Under the pieces are notes generated by a model that was not told where the DNA came from, did no database searches, and was given only the letters and a program-made list of their open reading frames with translations. From the IMG/VR virus record IMGVR_UViG_3300021431_000077, positions 103,062 to 167,061 of that record: 64,000 nucleotides of DNA; one strand, written 5' to 3'. Shown piece by piece: positions 9,656-19,381 of the stretch. The translations under genes and the position numbers were made by a program. The first letter of the stretch is position 1, and every line of letters starts with the position of its first letter. This DNA comes from a virus (lineage: Duplodnaviria > Heunggongvirae > Uroviricota > Caudoviricetes).

Positions 9656-10000
9656 TTATTTCAGTTTGGAAACGAGGTTGACAGCAAACTTTTCGATATC
9701 CATGAATCGTCTGTTGATAGCTTCGGCTGTCCGCATGGTGATGGTAGCGGAGGTAGTGAACCTGATGTGACCCTTGGGCTTGGAGAGGTAGGCAACGGTT
9801 CGCAACGAGGTGTCGATGACGATGGCTTCACCGTTGGGTTCGAACGGTGAGAGTACAATGCGTCTGCTTCCGCCTATCTTACGGACGATGGATGAGGCCC
9901 TGTTGGCAACCTGGTCGAAGTAGGTGGTTGAGCCGTCCTGTTCCATGCGCTTTGCTGCGTCGTTGAGTTGTGCTGCGATGAATGCGGGTGTTTCGTTCAT
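9656..10000 (-). CDS. hypothetical protein
   Basis: GAGG RBS. Confidence 0.75.
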   Translation of the reverse strand: MNETPAFIAAQLNDAAKRMEQDGSTTYFDQVANRASSIVRKIGGSRRIVLSPFEPNGEAIVIDTSLRTVAYLSKPKGHIRFTTSATITMRTAEAINRRFMDIEKFAVNLVSKLK

Positions 10001-10231
10001 GATGATATCCTCGTTGTTTCAAACCTTGGTTTCGAGCGGCTGGTGCCAACCCGTGATATGAATATAGTTAATTAAAAGCAAGATGGGTAGGGGTTTGTTG
10101 TGTAAAGTTTTTGTTACAGAGAGGGTGAGCGAGTATAGGGTGGTATGCTGCCACCGGGAACGGAATCGTCGGGGTGATAACCCAAGTTGGAAATCTTTTT
10201 GGAAAAAGGGTAAAAGCCTGTAACAGGCTTA

Positions 10232-10777
10232 TTACTTCTTGGACTGGAAGTGGAGATATTCGGATTTTGAGAACTGGTTTTCCCAACGGATAGAGTAATC
10301 CTTAGGGAGAGTCTTTTCCAGGATTGAAACGACTTCCTTTCTTTTGTAGTATGAGATATCGACCATGCTGATATCGACGGCTTTTCCAACCCTGTGTTTG
10401 GACCATTGGTCATGTCTGTCGAAGGAATCATGTGCGGAGATGATAGTGGGAGTGAAGTCGGGTCCGAACTGGCTTTTGAACACCTTGATAACGTATACTA
10501 GGCCAGCTTCTAGTTGAGGAGTCAGCTCCATGACTACATAACCTTTTTGGAATGTGTTTTCCATTATGTAGTCATGGTTGGAGCCAGTTTGGACGGGGAC
10601 ATCGTAATCATCATTGGATTGAGCAGTCTTGTACTCCTCTGTAGGCTGATAGTATTCAGCGGTGTTATGTTTCTCAGGTACATAGGGGTCGAACACGAGT
10701 TTGACACCTACGATGAGCATGATGATAATCATGATGAGACCGAGAATGATTTTGATTAGGTTTACAAGGCATCCCAT
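10232..10777 (-). CDS. membrane-anchored M15-family (DD-peptidase/Hedgehog fold) Zn metallopeptidase
   Basis: N-terminal TM helix; SKHRVGKAVDI matches SxHxxGxAxD, plus a downstream HFQ third ligand. Confidence 0.7.
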   Translation of the reverse strand: MGCLVNLIKIILGLIMIIIMLIVGVKLVFDPYVPEKHNTAEYYQPTEEYKTAQSNDDYDVPVQTGSNHDYIMENTFQKGYVVMELTPQLEAGLVYVIKVFKSQFGPDFTPTIISAHDSFDRHDQWSKHRVGKAVDISMVDISYYKRKEVVSILEKTLPKDYSIRWENQFSKSEYLHFQSKK

Positions 10778-10795
10778 AATGGGCCTCCAATTGGA

Positions 10796-11131
10796 TTAGA
10801 TTTCTCGGGTGGCAGCTACTTTCCAAGCGAGGAGAGTCGGGTAGAGCTTTTTGGCCTCTTCCTTTGCTTTGGTATCGTAGAGCTTGAAGTTAGCGATGAC
10901 GAATTCGGCTTCATTGAAGTCATCCTGGGGCAACATATTGAGGGGCTTGGCCGAGCAGGTCTTGAAGGTTCCAGGGACTCGGGAAGCTTTGCAGCATTTG
11001 GCGAACCAGATGTTGTCCTTGTTGTGGCGGGATTCGTTGGTCCCTTTACAGAATGTGTTGAACTGGCTGACAGCTTGGCCGTAGGACGGTGCAAGAATGA
11101 TTCCGTTGACGACGATGATGCGCTTATCCAT
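10796..11131 (-). CDS. hypothetical protein
   Basis: GGAGG RBS. Confidence 0.75.
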   Translation of the reverse strand: MDKRIIVVNGIILAPSYGQAVSQFNTFCKGTNESRHNKDNIWFAKCCKASRVPGTFKTCSAKPLNMLPQDDFNEAEFVIANFKLYDTKAKEEAKKLYPTLLAWKVAATREI

Positions 11132-11133
11132 GA

Positions 11134-11478
11134 TTAGTCCTCCTTGAGGTTGATGTTGAGGTAGGTTGTGAACTGGGTGTTATTAACCCTGAATATGGTA
11201 GAGTGGAACGAGGAAGGAATCAGGTTATTGCATTTGAGGTCAGCAACGATGTATTCGACCATGTTGCTAATCAAATCTGTTTCGAGTGGCTGATTCTTCT
11301 TTCCCTTTCTTTTGAAAGTGATGCCGAGGGTAAGGATGGCATGGTTGACCTTGTGCTTGACCTTACCGACGGAGTAGATGTGTTCGGCGAATTTGGTTTG
11401 CAAATCGTTTCTGACGAGGAAGCAAACCTGGTCGAAATCGATAGGTTCAATCCCTGTTTTAGCCTTGTTAGTAATCAT
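11134..11478 (-). CDS. hypothetical protein
   Basis: GAGG RBS. Confidence 0.75.
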   Translation of the reverse strand: MITNKAKTGIEPIDFDQVCFLVRNDLQTKFAEHIYSVGKVKHKVNHAILTLGITFKRKGKKNQPLETDLISNMVEYIVADLKCNNLIPSSFHSTIFRVNNTQFTTYLNINLKED

Positions 11479-11497
11479 GTTAGTAGCCTCGATTGGA

Positions 11498-11749
11498 TTA
11501 GTTTAACTTGTAGACATGGGTAGCGGAGTAGGTATCGTCGCCAGTGGGTTCGCCGAACGGCATGACACGAACCTGGGTGAAGCCGTTGTTTTCCATAACG
11601 TATTTGAGGTAGAGGTGGTCATGCTTCCAGTCGCCCCAATGTACATCGACATTGACTTCGCCCTTGGGGTTGATACCATATTCGTAGTGCAGGTCATTTT
11701 CCTTGAAGACCTTAGCAACTTTCAGTTCAATTTCAATTGGGTTTGCCAT
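11498..11749 (-). CDS. hypothetical protein
   Basis: Start MANPIE with GAGGA RBS. Confidence 0.75.
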   Translation of the reverse strand: MANPIEIELKVAKVFKENDLHYEYGINPKGEVNVDVHWGDWKHDHLYLKYVMENNGFTQVRVMPFGEPTGDDTYSATHVYKLN

Positions 11750-11837
11750 TTGATTCCTCAAAAATTATTAAATTTTTTGTTTACAGAAAAAATATAGAAA
11801 ATTAAAAATAAAAGTGGCTCAGAAAAAATGTAAAAAT

Positions 11838-12212
11838 TTATTTCCAGTCCCTGATTTTGTAGTAGTTGATTGTGTTTTCGAAAGCCTCGGTGATACGGTG
11901 GTTATCTACCTTGTCGAACCCAGGCTGGCCGAGATGGTAGAGGCACAGGGCGCTGTCCCAGAGGCCATCAACGATGAGTGGGCCATAGGTCTCCCAGCAC
12001 TTGCGGTAGACAGCCAGTTCATCACCTCGTCCTGCCCAACGGCCTTCGTCGTTCAGCCATGCTTCCACCTGTGCCTTAACGTCGTCCTGCTCGAAGGTCT
12101 CAATCAGGATGCTGCCACTGCGTCTGGCAAGCTCGTCGATGAGGTCCTCGGTTGGAACCTCTCTGAGCTTGTACTGCTTGCTAGGGTCAGGGATGTAAGT
12201 ATGTCTTTTCAC
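11838..12212 (-). CDS. hypothetical protein
   Basis: GTG start, GAGG RBS, below promoter at about 12247-12275. Confidence 0.75.
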   Translation of the reverse strand: MKRHTYIPDPSKQYKLREVPTEDLIDELARRSGSILIETFEQDDVKAQVEAWLNDEGRWAGRGDELAVYRKCWETYGPLIVDGLWDSALCLYHLGQPGFDKVDNHRITEAFENTINYYKIRDWK

Positions 12213-12454
12213 TGGGTTGCCTCACTCGGTTGATTCTATGCATTTAATATACCTAATTAAAAAGTCGGTGTCAAGCGGAGTTGGCAACTTTTTGTGTAAA
12301 AAATAGTTTACAACCCTCTGATGGGGACGGCGGGCAGAAGGTCAGGGGGTGATAACCCAAGTTGGATATTTTTTGGAGAAAAAAGAAAAGGCCCCCGATG
12401 GGCTAGAAACAACGGAGTCGCCATGGCAACAAACGCCCATCGGGGGAGGAGGAA

Positions 12455-12949
12455 TTACTTATAGAGTTCGGGGAACAGTTCGAGTTGTCCGTAGTTGTTC
12501 CTCTTGTGGAGAGGGGTTTTCTTCACGGGTTTCTTCTTGGTTTTCTTCTTGGTTTTGCCAGCGAGGGTTTTCAACCTGTTGACAACTTCCTTGCGAGTAA
12601 CGCCTTTGAGGGAAGCGTTGATGGCATCGCGGTCTTCGACGGACGTTCTGCGGACTGTGACGCGAACCTTGGTGGTTTCAGTCGGTTGGTAGGTGACTGT
12701 TGAAATCTTGGGGTTCGGACGGCGGCCACGGCTGAGGTAGTATTCGGCGAACGTGGTTTTGCCGTACATGGTGTCCACTTCTACATCACGGGTCTTGATG
12801 TTGTAGCCATCTTCACGCAGGTTGAAGATGCAGGCCGAAAGGCGGGTGATGTGGAGTTTTGTGAACGCATCAAGGGAAGTGATTTTTCCGTACTTCTTGA
12901 TGTATTGCAGGACTCTGTTCTTTTGGTTGTTTCTGTGTTCGGCACTCAT
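12455..12949 (-). CDS. winged helix-turn-helix protein (HTH_39-like) with basic C-terminal tail
   Basis: QKNRVLQYIKKYGKITSLDAFTKLHITRLSACIFNLREDGYNI pattern typical of phage HTH_39. Confidence 0.8.
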   Translation of the reverse strand: MSAEHRNNQKNRVLQYIKKYGKITSLDAFTKLHITRLSACIFNLREDGYNIKTRDVEVDTMYGKTTFAEYYLSRGRRPNPKISTVTYQPTETTKVRVTVRRTSVEDRDAINASLKGVTRKEVVNRLKTLAGKTKKKTKKKPVKKTPLHKRNNYGQLELFPELYK

Positions 12950-12951
12950 GG

Positions 12952-13557
12952 TTATTTCCCCTTTTTGTCTAATTCGATTTGTTTAAGAGTTGCTTCGATG
13001 GCCTGTATTACCTTGAAGTCGCAGATAGCGAACCCGAAAGCATTTTCGTCGCGGATTTTGAATGAGCCGTCGAGATAGACTTCGATAGGGGCGACCCCTT
13101 CTTCGTCATCATTTTTGGTTCGCCAGCAGTCGATGACCCAGCACTTGTCGTAAGTGTCGAAGTAATCGTGGCGGACTTCGGAGTAGAACGGATTTCCCTC
13201 GCCTTTTGATTCCTTGTACCACTTGGACATAAGGTCAACACAATCGTTGATGAAGCGCCTTGTAGGGCAGTTTGGAGTTTCCTTGAAGTTGAGGGCTTCA
13301 AGTTTGAGCAGGGTTTCCAAATGTTTCTTGATAAACTTTTTGTCAATGCCGTGTTCAACGAGGTGTGCAACGAGGTCTTTTTTCGTGATGACCACCGTGT
13401 TGTACTTGGCTACGATAGAGGCATAGACAATATCGTCGGAGACTTTAGAGATAAAGTCCGTGATGGTCTCTTTCGAGACCTGGGGGTTTGTTTTGAGGAA
13501 AGGGTTGACTTTCGTTTTCAGAAAATCAAAAAATGTTTTTGTAACTGTGATTGCCAT
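12952..13557 (-). CDS. hypothetical protein
   Basis: 201 aa, GGAG RBS, own promoter. Confidence 0.8.
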   Translation of the reverse strand: MAITVTKTFFDFLKTKVNPFLKTNPQVSKETITDFISKVSDDIVYASIVAKYNTVVITKKDLVAHLVEHGIDKKFIKKHLETLLKLEALNFKETPNCPTRRFINDCVDLMSKWYKESKGEGNPFYSEVRHDYFDTYDKCWVIDCWRTKNDDEEGVAPIEVYLDGSFKIRDENAFGFAICDFKVIQAIEATLKQIELDKKGK

Positions 13558-13636
13558 GATTGACTCCGTTTGTTGTTTCTGATGATAATATAGATAATTA
13601 AAGTCTTTTTGTCAAGAGAAAAAATGAAAAATATTT

Positions 13637-13945
13637 TTACATAATCAGTTCAATGATGTCGTAGCGGACATCGTAATCGCCGTGGTCAACGATAAGGGAG
13701 TCACAGGATTTCATCTTCTTGATGATTTCCTTGTCATTTTTGATGCTGTGACTGGAATCTGGGAGATGAATGTCGTATCCATCCTCAGTGCTTCCGTCAT
13801 CGTTCAACTCACAGTTATCCATTAAGGAATCGATGATGCTTTGCACCGCTGCATCGTGGCTGAAATACATATAGTTGACCCCTGCTTTCTCAATGGGGCT
13901 TCCGCTGCAGTGTTCAACAACGATAAATTGTCTTTTGTTTTTCAT
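13637..13945 (-). CDS. hypothetical acidic protein
   Basis: AGGAG RBS. Confidence 0.75.
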   Translation of the reverse strand: MKNKRQFIVVEHCSGSPIEKAGVNYMYFSHDAAVQSIIDSLMDNCELNDDGSTEDGYDIHLPDSSHSIKNDKEIIKKMKSCDSLIVDHGDYDVRYDIIELIM

Positions 13946-13960
13946 ACTGCACTCCTTTTA

Positions 13961-14113
13961 TTAAAATTCCTCGTCTTCGCCATCGAGGGTGAAACTGTCG
14001 ATGAAACTGGTGATGTTAGCGACAGCACGAGCCATGCGGCTATCCTCAGTTTCCTTTGCCTTTGCTTTGGCCTTGGTGGTGGAAGATTTCGTTTTCTTCA
14101 AGGTTTTCTTCAT
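13961..14113 (-). CDS. small hypothetical protein (basic N-terminus, acidic C-terminus)
   Basis: MKKTLKKTKSS..., GGAGG RBS. Confidence 0.6.
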   Translation of the reverse strand: MKKTLKKTKSSTTKAKAKAKETEDSRMARAVANITSFIDSFTLDGEDEEF

Positions 14114-14123
14114 GGTTGCCTCC

Positions 14124-14537
14124 TTAAATGTCGAACGAGTTGATGTGGAAAACATCTTTGCGTTCATTGACGAGAACATTGCAAAGATTAACATATTCGG
14201 GAACAGTCACCATGAGCGTGATGATAGAGCCGTCAGCAAGCCCCTGTTCAAGCATGGTGAGGAACTTCTTGCTACGCCCCATGCACTTGATGACTTTGCT
14301 ATCCCACGAGTTGTTATCGTCGGTGTTGTGACGGAACTCAATCGTGATGCTGTCGGGGCCGATACCTTTCTGCGGGTTAGCGTACGAGAACGACTGCTCG
14401 ATTTCAGTCATGATTTCGCTAGCGGCTTCCTTGCGGTCTTTTGTCGGGTTCCAAAACGAGGGTGCAATCAGGTCATCATCGCAGTGGTCTGTGGTGTAAC
14501 AAACGGCCTGATAATATGTAGTCTTTTTCTTTGCCAT
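14124..14537 (-). CDS. hypothetical protein
   Basis: True start MAKKKTT after the AAGGAG RBS (the track start lies upstream of the promoter). Confidence 0.8.
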   Translation of the reverse strand: MAKKKTTYYQAVCYTTDHCDDDLIAPSFWNPTKDRKEAASEIMTEIEQSFSYANPQKGIGPDSITIEFRHNTDDNNSWDSKVIKCMGRSKKFLTMLEQGLADGSIITLMVTVPEYVNLCNVLVNERKDVFHINSFDI

Positions 14538-14564
14538 AGTGGTCTCCTTTGTTTCTATGTTATA

Positions 14565-14631
14565 AATATACCTAATTAAATATGGGTTGTCAATACCTTT
14601 TCCAACTTTTTTGTGTAAAGATTTCGTTACA
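14565..14631 (-). promoter_or_regulatory. Representative cassette promoter (TTGACA-N17-TATATT) with upstream TGTAAA-N6-GTTACA palindrome; about 40 similar promoters between 9.5 and 43.4 kb
   Basis: aatata 14565-14570, tgtcaa 14588-14593, tgtaaa-gatttc-gttaca 14614-14631. The spacer core TTTAATTA(G/T/A/C) recurs, e.g. near 12.25, 13.6, 15.8, 16.5, 17.4, 18.2, 19.3, 20.2, 22.2, 23.3, 23.9, 24.9, 25.6, 27.7, 28.8, 29.9, 31.0, 31.7, 32.6, 33.3, 34.1, 34.5, 35.4, 36.3, 36.9, 37.8, 38.4, 39.0, 39.6, 40.2, 40.8, 41.1, 41.7 and 42.3 kb. Confidence 0.9.
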
Positions 14632-14757
14632 ACCTCTGGGCGGAAACCGTGGGGACAGCTGCAGTCGAGACTAGGGTGATAACCCAAGTTGGAAATCCAG
14701 ATGTGAACGAGAAAAAGCCCCACCCATTCGGGTGAGGCTCGGAGACAAGGGAAACTG

Positions 14758-15006
14758 TTAAACGGTAAATTCTTCTATGGTGAGGTTCACTTCTTCATCC
14801 TCGGCGGTGCGGAAACTATTGCCATACATACAGCCGTCGATAGTAAAGCCGTCCGCATCATTGGGGAATGTCTCTGTCAATATGTCGAAGATGCACTTTG
14901 CTGCCTTTTGACGGGTAGTGCACACTTCTGTGATAATCTCATGTGCGTCTTCGTGAGGGTGAAAGTGAAAGCCAGAAACAACAAAAATCTTTTTCTTTTC
15001 AGCCAT
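14758..15006 (-). CDS. hypothetical protein
   Basis: GGAGG RBS, ends at terminator. Confidence 0.75.
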   Translation of the reverse strand: MAEKKKIFVVSGFHFHPHEDAHEIITEVCTTRQKAAKCIFDILTETFPNDADGFTIDGCMYGNSFRTAEDEEVNLTIEEFTV

Positions 15007-15015
15007 GTTTGCCTC

Positions 15016-15759
15016 CTAATCGTTAAGGAATCCGAGGTCATCATAGAACTCTTGGTCGAGAGAGGGTTCGGGAGCGAGTTTGAACCCGTTTGCTTCCATG
15101 ATTTCATCAGGGATATGGGCAATAGAACGAGGCGGGAAATTAGCCACGATGTAGTCAGCTTCCGTTTCCTTGCCATCAGGGTCAGGTTCATAGTCATAAC
15201 CTGTTCCATACTGTTCGAGGTCAGCCCTAATTGCTTCGGGGTCTTTTGCAAACCAATCGAGGGCGGCCTGCTTAATCTTCGGCTTAAACGCATTAAAGAG
15301 TTGCTTGTAGAACTTGTTGCTTCCCTCTTTTTCCGTGATTTCCTCTGTGTCAATGTCCACGAGGAAATCATTGAAGTAATCATATTCGTGTTGCCCATCA
15401 GCATCCTTGATGGAGATACGGATAAGATAGGTTTTAATCTTCTTGTTGCTAACTACTTCGCCATCGAGGAGGATTGCAAGTTCCTGTGCATCCTCATCAG
15501 TCGGGAGTGCGATTTCAAGGTGGAAGATTGTGGTAAAACAATCGTCGCAACATTCGTCTTCACGCTTAATCTTGATTTCGTATTTGCGACTATTCTTCGG
15601 TTCAGTTTCGTCGAACTCTTCGCACTCAGAATCCCAAGTGTAGAACTTGGAAAGAAATTCCTTGACTTCATTTCGTGCTTCATCAAAGTCGAAAAGGTCA
15701 TTGTGTTCTGTAAAGATGCCGTTGATACCGATGTATTCTTCGTCTATGTGAAAGCTCAT
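15016..15759 (-). CDS. hypothetical acidic protein
   Basis: Start MSFHIDEE after AAGGAG. Confidence 0.8.
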   Translation of the reverse strand: MSFHIDEEYIGINGIFTEHNDLFDFDEARNEVKEFLSKFYTWDSECEEFDETEPKNSRKYEIKIKREDECCDDCFTTIFHLEIALPTDEDAQELAILLDGEVVSNKKIKTYLIRISIKDADGQHEYDYFNDFLVDIDTEEITEKEGSNKFYKQLFNAFKPKIKQAALDWFAKDPEAIRADLEQYGTGYDYEPDPDGKETEADYIVANFPPRSIAHIPDEIMEANGFKLAPEPSLDQEFYDDLGFLND

Positions 15760-15835
15760 GCTTGTCTCCTTTGTTTCTATGCTATAAATATACCTAATTA
15801 AATCGGTATTGTCAAGGGATTTTTTGTAAACTTTT

Positions 15836-16090
15836 CTAAACAACTTTGTAAAGGTCGATGTAGTTGTCGCATCCATCGAGATTCTTGCGGTCGATGGACT
15901 TCTTTACATACCACTTTTGCTTTCCAACCATAACAGGGCGGCAACCCTTGATGGGAGCATAGTCAGGGTCATTGGAAGACAAAGATGCTCCTAACCCTTT
16001 CTTGAAATGCTTTACGATGCTCTTGGCATCCTTGTCCATCAGTTCCTTGATGTCTTCGGGGTCATTGTAGTAAGCGATGTGCTGAACCAT
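15836..16090 (-). CDS. hypothetical protein
   Basis: AAGGAG RBS. Confidence 0.75.
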   Translation of the reverse strand: MVQHIAYYNDPEDIKELMDKDAKSIVKHFKKGLGASLSSNDPDYAPIKGCRPVMVGKQKWYVKKSIDRKNLDGCDNYIDLYKVV

Positions 16091-16112
16091 AATGTTGTCT
16101 CCTTTGTTTCTG

Positions 16113-16436
16113 TTAATTCATGCGTTGCTCTGTGTCTGCTACATCTTCGTCGAAGTACATAGAGCCTAGCCAGCGTGCGGTTTCCCACGCATCCATTACG
16201 AACAGGTCGTATGCCCCACCGCTTGTATCGTCGGAGGGGTCAACAAAGCCGTCAAACTCAGGGATATAACGAACGGTCGTAACATGGTTTGGCCCTATGG
16301 TTACTTCCTTGGTGTAGGTTGCCGTTCTATCGCTCAGGTAGTCCATCGTTCCAGACTGGTCTTTGGCTGTGTAGTCAACCCCCATCTTGGTCAAGTAGGA
16401 TATGAGTTCATCATATTGGTTCTCTGTGGGTTCCAT
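16113..16436 (-). CDS. hypothetical protein
   Basis: Start MEPTENQ after AAGGAG. Confidence 0.75.
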   Translation of the reverse strand: MEPTENQYDELISYLTKMGVDYTAKDQSGTMDYLSDRTATYTKEVTIGPNHVTTVRYIPEFDGFVDPSDDTSGGAYDLFVMDAWETARWLGSMYFDEDVADTEQRMN

Positions 16437-16655
16437 GAGAGGCTCCTTTGTTTCTATGATATAAATATACATAATTAAATTAGTTTCGTCAATAGGGTTT
16501 CCAACATTTTTGTGTAAAGATTTCGTTACACCCTCTGGGCGGAAACCGTCGGGGACAGCTGCAGTCGAGGATAGGGTGATAACCCAAGTTGGAAATCCAG
16601 AGGTAAACAAGAAAAAGCCCCACCCATTCGGGTGAGGCTCGGAGACAAGGGAAAC

Positions 16656-17336
16656 TTACTTCTTAAAGAAATCGGCAGGGACGGTATGCTTCACGATGTC
16701 GAACTCTACACAATCGTCGGCATCGTTATAGGCGGAGATACAGTAGCCCTTCATGCAGTCCTTTGATGTCACCTTTTCATTTTCGAGATTTTCCTGTTCG
16801 ATGTAGTCGTTTACTTCGCTGGCAATGAACTTTGCTGCCTTCTGCTTTTTCTTGAACACATCCGTGTAGCGGTTGTTGTTGATTTCACCGCCTATACGAG
16901 CGTAGGCGACGACGGTAAAGAATGTGATGTTCTTGGCCTTGGTGGTCTTGGGCTTCTTTGGAGCATAGTCAGCCAAGTGTTCAAGGAACTCTTCAAGGTT
17001 GTCCATATCGTCGGCAGAGGGCATAGAGAACTCCATCTGGAACTCCTTGCCCATCTTGTCACCATCAGCCTTTTCTCCTTTTCTACCACCGAGGCGTTCA
17101 ACGAGGGTTACACCATCGGTGCCTGCATAGTAGTTGAAATGGTGCTTACGCTTGTTGCAAGTGAGGGTGACTTCACAGAAGATGTATTCGTCACCTTCCA
17201 CATCGTTCACACGCAATTCTTCAATTTCACAGGTTGTGCCTTTTGGTGCGTGCTTCTTAACAAAGCGCTTGAACCATGTTTCATTAGAACGGCATTCCCT
17301 GATGATAACCAATGTAAGGTTCTTTGTATCAAGCAT
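16656..17336 (-). CDS. hypothetical two-domain protein
   Basis: AAGGAG RBS, own promoter. Confidence 0.8.
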   Translation of the reverse strand: MLDTKNLTLVIIRECRSNETWFKRFVKKHAPKGTTCEIEELRVNDVEGDEYIFCEVTLTCNKRKHHFNYYAGTDGVTLVERLGGRKGEKADGDKMGKEFQMEFSMPSADDMDNLEEFLEHLADYAPKKPKTTKAKNITFFTVVAYARIGGEINNNRYTDVFKKKQKAAKFIASEVNDYIEQENLENEKVTSKDCMKGYCISAYNDADDCVEFDIVKHTVPADFFKK

Positions 17337-17410
17337 TTTTGTCTCCTTTGTTATGCCTATAATATACCTAATTAAAAGATGGTTGTCAAGTGATTTTTTG
17401 TAAAGTTTTT

Positions 17411-17548
17411 TTAAACCTTTTGGGCAACAACGAGTTCGCCATCCTTGATTACAAGCATGGGTGCGGAAAAGTTGGTTTGAACCTTGGTTTCAACCGAGTT
17501 GCTTTCCGCATAGTCGTCACGGAACCAATAAGAATGCCATTTGAGCAT
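17411..17548 (-). CDS. small hypothetical protein (45 aa; not in ORF track)
   Basis: MLKWHSYWFRDDY...AQKV, AAGGAG RBS. Confidence 0.65.
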   Translation of the reverse strand: MLKWHSYWFRDDYAESNSVETKVQTNFSAPMLVIKDGELVVAQKV

Positions 17549-17580
17549 AATATCTCCTTTTTGAAAAAATTAAATTTATT

Positions 17581-17946
17581 TTAGAGTTCGGCGAGTTCCT
17601 TAACTTTCTCGCAAATTTCTGTGGTGTCGAGGTTGCAGGATTTCATATGGATGTCATTGGTCGTGGTTCGTGTAATTGTAACAGCGCACGCACTGCCATT
17701 ATTCATGAACACGAATTTGAACGACCATCTTCCGTGTGCAGGGATGTTTTCAAGGATGTATGCGATTGTAACGGACAAGGTGTCGTCGAGGCGTACAGCG
17801 TTGGAGAAAACCTTTCTTGGGTAAACTCCCTGTGGGGTAACTTTTCCGAGAGAAGCGAATCCGTAAAGTGCGAGGTCTTCAACCGCTCTTGATGTTGCAT
17901 CGAATGCTTTTTTAATGTCTTTGGTTACGTTGATTTTTGCAGGCAT
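17581..17946 (-). CDS. hypothetical protein
   Basis: Start MPAKINV after GGAG. Confidence 0.75.
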   Translation of the reverse strand: MPAKINVTKDIKKAFDATSRAVEDLALYGFASLGKVTPQGVYPRKVFSNAVRLDDTLSVTIAYILENIPAHGRWSFKFVFMNNGSACAVTITRTTTNDIHMKSCNLDTTEICEKVKELAEL

Positions 17947-17950
17947 GGTT

Positions 17951-18187
17951 TTATCTCCCTTGCTTGATAAGTTCCTGGTTTTCGAGGTAAAGGCGTTCAA
18001 GGGCCGCATTGTATTTGGCTTCATTTTCCGCCTCAATTTGCTCTCTTTGTTGAACCCTTGCAGGGTCAGGATTCTTGTTTGTCGCAATGTAAAGCAACAC
18101 TACTGCAAGCACTATCATTATAAGCAAGATGACCTGCGAAATGAAGTGTGTGATGCTCTCCAAGAGGTTGCCAATGAACGTGAACAT
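17951..18187 (-). CDS. small membrane protein
   Basis: TM segment VILLIMIVLAVVLLYIA. Confidence 0.75.
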   Translation of the reverse strand: MFTFIGNLLESITHFISQVILLIMIVLAVVLLYIATNKNPDPARVQQREQIEAENEAKYNAALERLYLENQELIKQGR

Positions 18188-18417
18188 GGTTGACTCCTTT
18201 GTTTCTATGTTCTAAATATACATAATTAAAAGGGAGTTGTCAATAGGGTTTAACAACTTTTTGTGTAAACATTTCGTTACCAACTGGGCGGAAACCCGAG
18301 AAGAACTGGCAGCCCCAGAACAGGGGTGATAACCCAAGTTGGAAATCTGGTTGCAAACCCGTAGAAAGCCCCACCCTTTCGGGTGAGGCTTGATGGAATA
18401 ACATTATGAAAGAAAAC

Positions 18418-18855
18418 TTACTTGTTCGGGTTTGCTTCGCCGAACTTGTGAAGGAAGTGATTTGACTTGCGAGAACATGGGTAGGGGGTACGCTTTCCAT
18501 TCCTGTCTTGCAAGAAGCACTTTACTGGAACATTTACCCATTCCGAGGTGTTTGGCTCGTTATTGACAACATCGTAAAAGCACGCACCCATCGCATTTTT
18601 AGCCGTGCCGAACACGGAAGAATCCATAAGGTTCAAGTCGAACATATGACCGTCAACCTTTCCGCTGTGCCATGTATCTTCGAGGTCGGGATAACCGCCT
18701 ATACCATTTGAGATTTTAGGGTTCCACTTGATAGTTGGTTTACCTGGACGGACGATTTCATATAAGTAGTTGTCTTTGCGAAAACGGGTCTTGATAAGAT
18801 GCAACTCCGCCCCTTTGAAATAATCCGCATACCACGGCTTTGTGTTATTTGCCAT
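18418..18855 (-). CDS. hypothetical protein
   Basis: RBS, ends at terminator. Confidence 0.8.
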   Translation of the reverse strand: MANNTKPWYADYFKGAELHLIKTRFRKDNYLYEIVRPGKPTIKWNPKISNGIGGYPDLEDTWHSGKVDGHMFDLNLMDSSVFGTAKNAMGACFYDVVNNEPNTSEWVNVPVKCFLQDRNGKRTPYPCSRKSNHFLHKFGEANPNK

Positions 18856-18869
18856 AGGTTTCCCCCTTG

Positions 18870-19283
18870 TTATAAAGTGTTAATCTTTTCGATTCCGTTG
18901 GAAATAGCCAAGTCAAGGCTAACCATCTTTGATGCAAGTGTTTCAGTAACCTTTGCAACAGTTTTCAGGTAAGCCTTGCGTTTCTTTACGGTGTCCAGTT
19001 CGTCAATCGGCACATCTTCTTTAATGACAAGGATGCCTTTGTCGTCGTAACTGCTCCAAACGAAAATGAGAACTTCCAAGCGAGAACCCTTGCGGACTTC
19101 CCTGATGCGGGCTTCGGCTTCGCTACCATTATTGTTTACCGTATAAAGGATGCGGCGGTCACGTTCATGTTCGCAAATGTGTTCGCTCTTGTCAATGAGC
19201 GAAATGTTCCATTCGGTGCTTACCCCAGTTCCTTTCGTGGTGTCGCCACCGAAGATAGAAAGTGCATGATGTTCTTTTGCCAT
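18870..19283 (-). CDS. hypothetical protein
   Basis: AAGGAG RBS, own promoter. Confidence 0.8.
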   Translation of the reverse strand: MAKEHHALSIFGGDTTKGTGVSTEWNISLIDKSEHICEHERDRRILYTVNNNGSEAEARIREVRKGSRLEVLIFVWSSYDDKGILVIKEDVPIDELDTVKKRKAYLKTVAKVTETLASKMVSLDLAISNGIEKINTL

Positions 19284-19381
19284 AGTTGTCTCCTTTGTTT
19301 CTATGCTATAAATATACCTAATTAAATTGGTGTTGTCAAGAGATTTTTTGTAAAAGTTTGGTTACGAGAGTTGAGACTACT

